The position numbers were made by a program, and so were the translations under genes. The notes under the pieces are model-generated. The model ran no database searches. It saw only the letters and a program-made list of their open reading frames with translations, and had not been told where the DNA came from. A stretch of DNA of 61,459 nt, filler included, from Hausera hauseri (lineage: Eukaryota): assembly GCA_046269625.1 (NCBI GenBank). It is 10 parts of 10 records of this genome, joined end to end, with 100 filler letters (N's around TTAATTAATTAA, not from the genome) between each part and the next. Parts side by side here need not be neighbours in the genome. Positions count along the whole stretch, not along the records: positions 50,213 to 54,210 come from JBJURY010829749.1; positions 54,311 to 61,459 come from JBJURY010035668.1; 8 more parts are not named here. One strand, given 5' to 3'. Positions 50,571 through 61,459 of this stretch are shown here, one piece after another. Numbering within the stretch: the first letter of the stretch is position 1; every line of letters starts with the position of its first letter.

Positions 50571-53500
50571 TTTCCTTTGTTCGGGAGATATTTTGTATCA
50601 TGTCCTCTATTTTATTAATCCCTTTTGCTTCCTCCTCCTTTTTGAATAATTTAGTCCATTTTATCTCTTAGCTGCCCTTATTGCAGCTTTTCTGGCTAAC
50701 CCAATTGTCTTGTCGAATTCATTTTCCGGAGAGGGTTAGTTCTTACTGCCAAATATATCAAGACTTTCCTTCATTCTTCCATTATATTGTCTGTGATAAT
50801 TCTATCAAATACTGTTTCATCAGGGATGGCGCTTTTAGATAATTTGAATCGTGAAATCTTCATTGTCCGGTCTAGATTATATATTAGTCTTTCCATCTCG
50901 GATAATAGGTCACCTTGGAGTCCAGTATAATTGACTATCCTAATTAAATCTATCATTAGTTCAATTAGTTCAATTAGTTCTTCGTTATCTGAACTCGGGG
51001 TTGATACCGATCGTTGTCTCAATTCCCTAATTAGGTCTGCATTGTAATCGATTTCTTTTATTTTTCTCGGTCTTCGGACCGGTCGCTTTAGTTTCATTGG
51101 TGGTAAGATTTCACTTAGAGGAACTAAGTTTTTATCGTATTGCGGTTTGTCACCATCAGTCTGTAAGTATTCAAAATACATTGCGGCATCCTGAATCCCC
51201 ATGATTCTTCCGGACGCAATGCTCTGTATGTGCCTTTCTCATGGCTTCATCTTTGGTTTGCTTACTGGCGATTATTGCTATTATTCAATTTTCCTCGAGG
51301 GGTATGATCCCTACACCTGTCAAGGATTCTAACTCGTCTAATATCCTGCCCCTGAAATAGAGTCGATAATTAACTCCTTTCCTACCGTCATTATCCATTA
51401 TCCGCTGTTTTATATCCCCAACGGTGGTATAAGTAGTGCATTCAAATTCCTCATTGTCCATTCCTTCGGATGATACTTTCACTTTTAATTTCCGCTTCTG
51501 GTTTATTTTTCAACAGTTTGGCATATTCTCTTATTAAGAGCTTGGGTACAGCGTTGTATGCGGTGTTTTCACTGGATAGCTTGGTCAAGGTTGGAAGCAA
51601 TCTCCTTAACCTATCTTCACTTATGTTTATTTTCAAAGCACTGCTCAGTTCCTTTTCAGCTAGTGTGGGATCAAGTAACATTTGCACTTCGAATTTCGTC
51701 TTGTGGGTACCAATACGTGACTGATAAATTTGTATTGGAGTTCTTTGGCTTTGCTCGTTTAAACCCTGAAGGTATTTATCCTACTCGGCCTCATTCTCTG
51801 CGTCAGATAATTCGTAGTTCATTAATGCCGCGTGTCCAACTTGGACTCTTTCGCGTAAGTCTCTTATCTGCGGTTGGAATGTTTTCATTACGGGTATCCT
51901 AAATCCGTCTCCGCTTCCGCAAGCTTGTAGTATTAATGTTATTAATCGGCACATTTCTTCTGGTTGTATTAGGGCTTTTTCCTGATAGCTAGTCACTTCT
52001 GCGATTCTGTCCCTTTGCCATCTTTGTATAAATTCCGTTTTGTCGTTCATTTCGGATTCCGTAAGGGAGTACTTGTTCTTGTGTACTTCTGTTTCTCTCA
52101 GTAGTTCGTTTAGTACGCGCTGTCTTTTTTCGGAGTGTAACCGGGTCTCTTTTACTAGACGTATTTAATTTATTAGCCGTCTGGCTACTACTTCGTCAAT
52201 TTCTGCCATTTCTGTTAATAGTAGGATTAATTTGTGCGTTTGATTTAATACCTCGGCATCCGGGTCTATTGCGTCCATTAGCCTGCCTATAAACTTGGCT
52301 TCGTCGCCCGTCAACTGAAGAAACTTCCTAATTTCCGTTAGTTAGGTGTAACAATGTAGGTCGAAACCTGGCGTCCATTCTACTGGATTCTGTAAATATT
52401 GTAGTGTTTGCGCCAGAGCAATCCGGTAATCGCTACATACTTCTAATGTTTCTATTTTCTGTGATGAGATTTTCTTCAGCGGTTTCTGCATTAGGTTCTG
52501 TATCCCTTCCCAACGGATGTTCGCTAAACTTCGCTGAAGATCACTTATCTTGTTTCTTTTTCTGTAGAATTCCTTTTCTTTTATCATACTATATATCTCT
52601 GTTAGTGTCGTTCGATCTTGGTCCCTACTCATAAATTCAAGTTCTCGGAATGATTCGAATTTAATTCGCAATCTCGCTTCGCTTTTCATCGTACCAATAT
52701 CTAGTAACATTTCTTCCAATTTGTGTCTCATTATAGACTCAACCACAGAGAATTCTCTCAGTCTTTCATTTATTACTCCTGCTATGGAAGGTAACAAGTC
52801 TACCCACTTTCTTATTTGTTTAGATATTGCTGGTTTAGAGCGGATTATTTCGTCTAATGTCCCAATAGCTTCTTTTAGTTCGTGATCTGGCCCTCGTACA
52901 AATTCTATGATCTGTTTCATGTAGTTGAATTCTTTATACTCGCCTAATTCGAGAAGACAAGCGCGTATTATTCTCTGTGCTTCTATTCTTTCAGAGTGAA
53001 CTACACCGCTCTTAAAGTTGTTGATTTTGGTTCGCATTTCATTTTCTTTTTCAATACGTATTTTTAAATCTGGGTATTTTTGAGGGCTATCCTTTATCAG
53101 GATGCACATTGCCATCAAATGGGAAATATCGATTGGGTATATGCCCAATATCATTAAGTCGGCATCAGTCAATTCATATACTGGCTTATTATTAAGATAA
53201 GAGATTATCGCATCTTCGATCTCATATATCAATCCTTCTAAATTACGTCTTACGCGTTTCAGTTTTGGGTTGTCTTTTAGTGCGTTTAATAGTCATTGCG
53301 CTTGATTAACCTGATCGAGAAACGGCTTATTTCTATTCCACCATATTTTCGTAAAATCGATCCCACTTTTTGTCCACAGTTCTAATTTATTTTGCAAACT
53401 TCTTATCAATTCTTGCGGCTTCTCTTGGAATTCATAAGTTGTGTCCTCCTTTTTCTGAGAACCAGGTTTAAGCTTTTTATATAGCTTCTCTATGAATTTT

Positions 53501-54210
53501 TGTTCTTTTCCGGAGATATACAACTGTTTGCTCATCTGCTGGAGTTTTTGTAGGTTCTCCTGTAGCCTTTCGGGATCACTCAGTGCGTTTCTTATTTCGG
53601 TTATTTCGTTTCCATTTTTCCAGGATTTTCTAATCTTTCCAAACTTGACCGGTTTTCCCCTTCTGGTTCCTCTTCGCTAAGCGGTATTTGACAGACTTCA
53701 TTAATTTCATCAATATTTGAGATATATGTTGTTTCAGGAACGTCTTGAGTTATAACAGAAGTATTCAACTCCGTTTCATCTCTTAAAGTGATGATGAAAT
53801 CATTTTCCTTTTCTAAATTCTTTTTAATAGGGGATCGTGAACGAGTTCTCGACCTCCGCCTAAGTGAAGGACTTTTACCTCTATTTTTGGTTATCTTGAG
53901 TATTAGTGGACCAATGAATTCGCTCTTAACCTCGTCTGTTGTTTTGTCCTTATCTTGAGACGTGACCTCGGTATCTGCGTCCAAGTCTACACTTGAAGAC
54001 GTAGTTGGATTGTCTTCTTCCTCCGCTTGACTTAGGTTTTTCTTTCTGGCCATGTTAGTATTTCCAGGCGCTATAGCCTTTTCGTACTTGGTTTTCGGTT
54101 CTCTTAATCCATGGTAAACTTCCATTTGCTGCAACTTTTCTTCGTATTCCTTCCTGGCCTTGATTACTTGTGGATTATTATACTCACTTATACTTCTTAC
54201 ATACCTTCGC
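50570..54210 (-). pseudogene. Long fragmented coding region upstream of env (same family as 22303-26946)
   Basis: Continuous run of minus-strand ORF pieces; 50570-50665 is homologous to 26750-26860 (WTKLF...KGIN..DMI). Confidence 0.65.
51285..51482 (-). CDS. Ubiquitin-like domain
   Basis: TTVGDIKQRIMDNDG...YRLYFRGRILDELESLTGVGI versus ubiquitin TIENVKAKIQDKEG...[21 protein letters not shown]. Confidence 0.7.
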   Translation of the reverse strand: MKVSSEGMDNEEFECTTYTTVGDIKQRIMDNDGRKGVNYRLYFRGRILDELESLTGVGIIPLEEN

Positions 54211-54964
54211 NNNNNNNNNNNNNNNNNNNNNNNNNNNNNNNNNNNNNNNNNNNNTTAATTAATTAANNNNNNNNNNNNNNNNNNNNNNNNNNNNNNNNNN
54301 NNNNNNNNNNAGCAAACCCTAATGGAGTAATTTACACCAGATGGACCAGCAGAATTACGTCCTATTTAGGACTGACACATGTTGACTTGTTACAGAACGA
54401 AGCAGGTTATTTAACAGATTATTTAATAGACCTACCAGCGGAGGAAATCCCAGTGACTAGAATGCCTTGCTTGCAATACCTCATAAAAATACATGAGCAA
54501 ATTACCGATATAAGCCAGCACTTAAAGAAAAGGAGGAATAAATTTATAGGTCTCGTCAGAGATAAGATACCTGGGCAGAAGTGGATAAAATATTAGTAAA
54601 CGAAGTCTACTGATTTCAAATTTCACACCAAAAGGAGAGTCAATTACAAATGAAAACTCGACCGAACCGGATAATCAACGAAGTATCGAAGCTGTTTTAA
54701 TAAACCATCAAAGCATGAAGCCAAAACTTAGCTAAGTAGTGTTATTTTTATGTATCTTAGCACTACGCATGACGAGCGTATTGGTATAATCAACAGCAAA
54801 ATCCACAAAAACGGTGAGACAATCAGCAATCGGTTACATTAGGCAGCCACCTCCGCAAAGAGCCAAATGGATCTAATATGGCCTTATAAATAAGAACTAA
54901 TAAATATATTCCACGAAACCATGAAAAAGCTATACTAATAACCATCAATATTTTCACGATTATA

Positions 54965-56351
54965 ATGGTCACAACTTTATGTAAGTATAAATTCCTATGT
55001 ATATTACCCATGTATATAACAAGTTCATTGGTACAAATAACGTCAACACCTCAATTCAAGTTATATCTAATCTCAACTATTTCTAATAAACAAGGATCAC
55101 ACACCATATTCCGAGATTATGCGAAACTACCAGAAAATACGAGATTCGAACTAAAAGATAACCAACGATTCATATTTAAGGTTTTCTCCATCCATTATAA
55201 CCCCGAGAAGAAATGCTTGATAATAACATATGTAAATAAAGCGACAGGACGAGAGAAAGAAGCTGTGATATTGTTTGAATTATATAGACCAATTTGTGTT
55301 GCACATTAAGAAATAAAAGGAAACAAATGCTGTCACCTCTCTCAAGGATACACCTATTCCTGAGTATTTCAAGTATCAGAACTCATAAATGGCTTAAGTT
55401 ACAACATTACCATGAGACAAACTATGCTTGTTACGATACCCGTGGAAATAACACACACTATGCCAAGAAAAATAAAATCCAAAATGGAAAATATAACAAA
55501 GGAAAGCAATAACAAATCAGTCGACATTCCATACCGCCCGATACCTGAATACGATAAGTCAATAAGTGCGGATGTAGAAAATTCTGTAGGACTCATGGGA
55601 ATAATATCTCTAATAAAAATACCCCTTATATTATAACCTGCACGACAAAATTAAAAAACGAAGAAGATTATACCTAAAATATCCCAGTCTAACGCCGTAA
55701 ATGAATTGTACACCAGGTGACGATCGTCAGATATTGCTGACCATCCAGTTACCATCTATATGCTCCTATACATTCTGGATAAGCGCCACACATTTTGACG
55801 CTTTTAATGCACCATTACGCGCATCTTATGATGATGTAAAATTTCCCTTACGCATTAAAACAATTCCATTCAACCATTTACATATTTCGTTTCACCTGAA
55901 TGACAACCATGTCATGTTTAATTTTCTTGCTTAAAATTATACGGTTTCATTCAACGATGCTACCGCCACCTGTATTCTACTCACGAACACATCCATAAAA
56001 TGCGATCAACTTAGACCCAGCTACCTCTAAAGGGTACAGATAATATGTCAACCTTATGAACCGTCTCTGAAACAAAAAAAAATAGCTTTATGTTACATAA
56101 CTACAACTGAAAAACAACATGCTTTCCGTACAAAATCTCAGAAAAAAACCAGAAAAAACGAAGTATTAACAAAAATTAGGTCACGAAATACAGTAGCAAA
56201 TCTAGACCACAAATCATTATTACTGGTAACTATTATACCCCCTCTCGCAGTCACAATTATTTTAACACCCGTACTAATTTTATGCATCAGAGAACGGCGG
56301 CTGTCTAAAAGCACTACTCTACGTGTAAATTACGATTTAGTAATGGATTGA
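54965..56351 (+). pseudogene. Type I membrane protein, paralog A
   Basis: Hydrophobic N-terminus, beta-rich ectodomain fragments, transmembrane LLLVTIIPPLAVTIILTPVLILCI followed by RERR. Confidence 0.55.
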
Positions 56352-56399
56352 CAAATAAACGTCTCAATATTGATGGCGCAAGGCCCAACGTAACAAGAG

Positions 56400-58067
56400 T
56401 TGGCTCAAAACCTCGTCGGACGATTTTACCCTTAAGCATATTAGTTTTCTGTATACCAAACTCTTTAACCCAACCAACACCAAGCGCTCAAAAAATAATG
56501 ACAAGCCTGTCCAGACAGGCATTACCGGATATATTCTAAGATTTTATCAAGTTTCTGAAAAGAAACCATAAAACAGAACCATGGGATATTCAAAAAACTG
56601 CGTCAGAAAACTTTTCATCCAATATAACCATAAGAGAAAGTGTATACTTATAAAATTTCCTCCAAACGAAACAAAACAGAAAATATCAGGAAGAATGGAG
56701 AACATTAACACTTTACATGCGATCTAAATAGTGTTTACTTCTACTTCCGCCTATAAAGAAAACTGTTGTAAAGTTACCAAAATATCTATTTATTCAGTAC
56801 AAATACATATATCAAGAAGGAAGGATCTACTTCTCAACGAAAACCGGCCAATTGGAATAATGATACCCACAGAGCAGAAGACAGTTACACTATACTTAAC
56901 AGACAATTCACAGGAACAAAAAGAGCAAACCAATATTGATAGATTATTCCTACAAGAAAGAATATTTATAGGCTAACCTAACTATAAGACGTAGTGCCTA
57001 CCTCCATCACCAAAAACAACATCCATTACTCCGGGGAGCACAACCAGTCAACCTGCATATTTGCACGTCTAGATCAGGAACACTCACTAATATTCACCAT
57101 GTTTCGTCTTGTAAATAGTATATGGAAATGCACAGTAAAAGGAATCGAAAGAAAGGCACCAACCATTCCATACACTTCTGCCATTATAGACAATCAACGA
57201 ATTAATGCAAAAATATTTCATGAAAACGAAATTTTAGTAGTAGCACCCCAAATCGGTAGAGCTCCCTACGTCCTATCCTGCACTGCGAAACGTTATAGGG
57301 AGAAAGTGTATATACTAGAAGTCACGAGTGCACGACCCCCGATATAATGTAAGAAGCATGACAACCGACAAATAATTCTAACAATACATTTACAATTTTC
57401 TTGTCCAAATACCTATTGGTTGAGTAGTTTTCGCTATTCAGTACATAAAAAAATTCTTTACCTGATAGCAAGATTACAACAGACCCCGGAACAAATCAAA
57501 ATAATTCCATTTAGACCACGGAATATTTATCTTCAAGTGGTATCTGACCGTGTAATGTTCAATTAACCTAATCCCGATTTTATTTTCGCATTAGAAAACG
57601 CCAATGACGCTTGCTTTCTAGTCACCAGCACCTACTCTGAATGTACTCAATTAATATCCGGTTAGTCTTATTTAGCCCACATCCAGCTATATTACTACAA
57701 CCCATTACGAAAACCCAGAACAGTTGCATTATTAGAAATCAATACACTCAAAAGAGGAGTAAATTCACTATTCCGATTCGCAACGCTCGAAGAGATAATG
57801 AAAAGAGGAAAATTCATTTCTAGAAAACCTATTATTTCACCTAAAGTTAATCAAACACCGACTGTCATATCACTGTCATTCGAGCCAATAAAGCAAGCCA
57901 AAGCCAATTATAATATATTCTTACTAATAATAATAGTAGGACCCACCGTCGTAACACTTGCAATAGCAGCAATCCTTGCTACATGCTTTCATAAGAATAA
58001 ACACGAGAAAACAGATATGACCCCTTCTAGAGTAACACCGATAACAAGCCATTCGAAATCCCTTTGA
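56400..58067 (+). pseudogene. Type I membrane protein, paralog B
   Basis: ILPLSILVFCIPNSLT signal-like segment; ectodomain homologous to paralog A; transmembrane IFLLIIIVGPTVVTLAIAAILATCF followed by HKNK. Confidence 0.55.
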
Positions 58068-58906
58068 CCAGTTTTGAATATGATTTCGAAATTTACAGCG
58101 ATGACAAATGGTTATCAATCATCAAGGAAGATGAGTACTACCCTTATGTAGAAAATAACGAAGAACAAATCCTATCAAAAACTAAACGTTACTTGTTAGG
58201 ATGCGCCGACGAACCAGCTAACTCAATGGACTATACAACAGTAAACAACGCCGGAACAATTTAATTAATGTTAGCAGTAGCATCAGGAAATGAAAAGAGA
58301 GCCAGAGACGCCATTACCCAACTAGATTATGAAGCAGCTGAAGCGCTGAAGTTCCAAGTTACGAACGGCGACACCATCGTTCATCTAGCCATTATGAGCG
58401 AGTGTCCTGATTTCTTTATACTCATGCTCATCCAGTCACAAGCACCCTTACATTTACCAAACGTGGATGCAGACATTCCCTTACTACTCGCTATACGCCA
58501 TGGTCGACATAACCTTGCAACACCAATATTCGATTATTCCTACGAAAACAAAGCGTTTCAAACCATTTTCCAATCACAATTACGCAGTATCTCATTGCAC
58601 CACGCCATATTTTTCAAACGGTTCCTCTTACTGGAAACCTTCCTGAATAAAAAATTCGCCAACAGAACATACCTATTCGACGTAAACTACGCGCATGGCA
58701 CTTATGAGAAGACTCTTCTCATAACTGTGCTTCTAACTCGTACATATGGGGCAGTATCCATCCTGATGCGCCAACCAGATATCCATCCAGAAACCGACAA
58801 TTATGGAAACCTGACGATCAATGACGTACTGATACGGAATCCCATGATTAGCTCCTTCGAACGTGAATGCCTACTAGCTATCATGCGTTGCGATATCGTA
58901 GTATAA
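58064..58906 (+). pseudogene. Ankyrin-repeat protein (one in-frame stop at 58262-58264)
   Basis: NNAGTI*LMLAVASGN; NGDTIVHLAI; DADIPLLLAIRHGRHNLA; SLHHAI. Confidence 0.8.
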
Positions 58907-60504
58907 ACATTCTTAGACACATTACCAACTTTATCCGTGTGTATATTTTAGTATGACTGTCTAGCACTGTGTATTATCATCATTGTATTCTTAATTACTG
59001 ACGTTCCTTATCTTCTACAATTACTGACACTATCTTATAACAATGTACATAACTCATGACCGATATAGTATTGTATGTTGTAGTTTTATTTAACTTATAT
59101 TTGATTAGTGAAAATAAATTTTTTCATCGTTTTTTGTATTAAAACTGAAAATGGAGCTTTATAATGATTCGCGGACTTTTTATGACGCATTGGGGTCCTA
59201 GCTGAGTGCAGATCAATTGGTTTATACTTTTTTCAATCAAACAGCTATCCCAAACAACGTAAATCTGAAAAACTCCAACTGTACCCCAGACAAATGTGTC
59301 TACAACAAGCAACAATTGACATCACCATTTCATTATCCCAATTAATCCTTACCGATAAACCAAGAAAATTCGACATTATAGACATTTACCTCGTAAACGG
59401 TAAATTAACTGTCAACATCAATTACAGTGATCCTATCTTCGACATAAATAAGGAACTGTCAAAAAACTGTAGTGTGATTATCACTATCCCTACAGTGGGA
59501 TGATTGTCGTGTATATTTTCTTTAACCAATTCACCGTGGAAGTAACCCAGCCAAAACTCAAATCTACCAATACATATACCCAAACCACTTTCATCAATAA
59601 ATGAATATATTTCAACACCAAAAGGACTAACTCTATCAGATTTAGAACCATTATTCGCCTTTGTATCCTATAATTACGTCACCATTTAACCCAATATGAC
59701 AAATATCCACCAAACCATCATCGACATTGTTATACAGATTATAAAGCGAAATTTTATTACAAATGTATCCAAGACATAAAGTCATCGACTGGAGAACACC
59801 CTTTACAGACATAACAGACAACCTTACCTTGTATAAAATAGATAACGAAGACTTCGTACCCCTTATACAAGATATACTGAAGCATAAATTCATTATAACA
59901 ACACAAATAGATGTACTTTTATGCTCATTTAAATTACTCGTTACTTACACCAATGGCTTCTTAGACCTTAGCCATCACCCTATCGCCTCCATTTTCTCGG
60001 CAGATGCACTAATAATAATTCGCCTAAGTGATCAATTATTACATATTAGTACCATTCCTATGTATACGTCCCGTTAGTACAAGACAATCTACTTAGACAA
60101 TTGTATAACTATATGACAAACTCATTTAATATTGAAGATATTGCTAATTTTATCGATCTTAATACCATTAAATTACATCTCAATTAATTCTACTTATTTT
60201 CAGATTCCTTCGAATTCATGGAATGCCGAGTAATTCTTGATGTAGTATACCGACTTACACCGTATCTACACATGCTATGTCTGTATTTCATGGATCAAAC
60301 CAGACCCCAAGCAAACCAAATGTCGTATTGTCAAATCTGTTAATCTGAAATTAAATATCTCATCATGCATAATGCTTATCCATTGATTCTGACAAATCTC
60401 TACTCGACGCCAAAAAATTCGAAACCGTCGAACCTACCAATCACACCACATATTACTACACTTGGGATGTGTCAGTCCCTTTCTTTGTTCCATATTTCCA
60501 GCTC

Positions 60505-60595
60505 CACACATGTTGTTTATGCCGTAAACCCAATAAAACAGCATACCAATTTAGTTGTTGTAACACCGAATGTTGCTCAAATTGTTACCAAATGG
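60505..60595 (+). pseudogene. RING-like Cys cluster
   Basis: TCCLCRKPNKTAYQFSCCNTECCSNCYQ. Confidence 0.45.
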
Positions 60596-61109
60596 AGTCC
60601 CACAACGACACTTAATTTAGAGTATATGCTATTTCTGTCTTCAATTTATATATTCCTACTTTCACCATCCTAGAACAGCCCTCCTTACTGTTACTAATAC
60701 GCCGATTACTCAATTACTTCCAACGAGATACTTTTGATTAGAACAAATCATCTGCCAAAATCGAATTCCCAATCCACCGCTTTAGCCCATCCATAATAGT
60801 TTGATCACCACCAATCGTATTCCAAATATTCTTGCCTCATATAAACATTACATCCCTGTTGCTTCAACCGTTATCAATACCACATCCTCGTTATCGCCCG
60901 AACGAACATTAGACTATTACAAACATTGCCAGTACCTAGACTCTTAATAACTCCAATACTAACTATATTTCATAGTCCTCTACTTCCCTCCTCATTGCAG
61001 CAAGATTGGTTCTCAGTTTTAAATTGATGCTCAATCAAACTCATCTCCCACCTAGCCCCACCAGACCTTTGGGAATGACGGCAAATCCTATTCTACGACA
61101 AACTTTCAA

Positions 61110-61350
61110 CGTATGAATACACTATTTGCCTCACTGAGCGTACAACTGTGATCCAATTTTAGTGCAACCATAACCTATGCGCAACTTGCTTCAACAAACT
61201 TCGATCTCAATTCCTACAATCAATCGACCAAAGTGATGCACTCGGAATGACCTTCCAAAACGGCATCTCATGTCCGTACTGTCGTCAACCATCAGTTTAT
61301 TACCAATCTTCCTACACCTACGACAACCGTACTCAACGTCTATGCCACTG
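61110..61350 (+). pseudogene. RING-HC finger domain
   Basis: EYTICL...F*CNHNLCATCF...ISCPYCRQ. Confidence 0.7.
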
Positions 61351-61431
61351 AGTCAGCCCTGTGAATGATGCGACATTAACAATCAAACCCCAAAACCTCT
61401 GTTTCATTGATGTCGGCACCCAGAGTGGTCC

Positions 61432-61459
61432 AGAGGATCGAATCCTTTTTCAAAGGGGG
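61432..61459 (+). promoter_or_regulatory. Putative polypurine tract of an LTR retrotransposon
   Basis: GAGGATCGAATCCTTTTTCAAAGGGGG at the very end of the contig resembles the Gypsy pre-3'-LTR sequence. Confidence 0.45.

Noticed and set aside
4528-54310. Repeated TTAATTAATTAA motif, ORFs running into Ns, and any multi-contig 'system'
   Set aside because: These are artificial linkers; order and adjacency across them carry no biological information.

Overview
Eukaryotic (animal, probably invertebrate) repeat-rich DNA. It is a concatenation of ten separate contigs joined by identical 100-nt artificial linkers (N-TTAATTAATTAA-N), so adjacency across linkers means nothing. Almost everything is degraded by stops and frameshifts, and most coordinates are approximate because they come from reading by eye. 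Contents: (1) Maverick/Polinton (adintovirus-like) pieces: adenain protease, major capsid, two penton-like genes, integrase, a shared terminal-repeat unit, and two protein-primed PolB genes preceded by small Cys/His proteins. (2) Several Ty3/Gypsy LTR retrotransposon fragments. (3) LINEs, two tRNA-derived SINEs, a Tc1 remnant and a MITE-like element. (4) Host-gene debris: a Src-family kinase, Hsp70, and a chain of kinase, Bcl-2-like, CPSF1 and alpha-tubulin fragments. The best candidates for something new are: (a) a Ty3/Gypsy family seen on two contigs in which a chuvirus-G/gB-type (class III) envelope gene lies UPSTREAM of protease-RT-RNase H, apparently inside one polyprotein, behind a long non-Gag-looking region containing a ubiquitin-like domain; and (b) a 7-kb single-strand cassette (two paralogous type I membrane proteins, ankyrin, RING fingers) ending in a Gypsy-like polypurine tract, which suggests a giant cargo-carrying retroelement.
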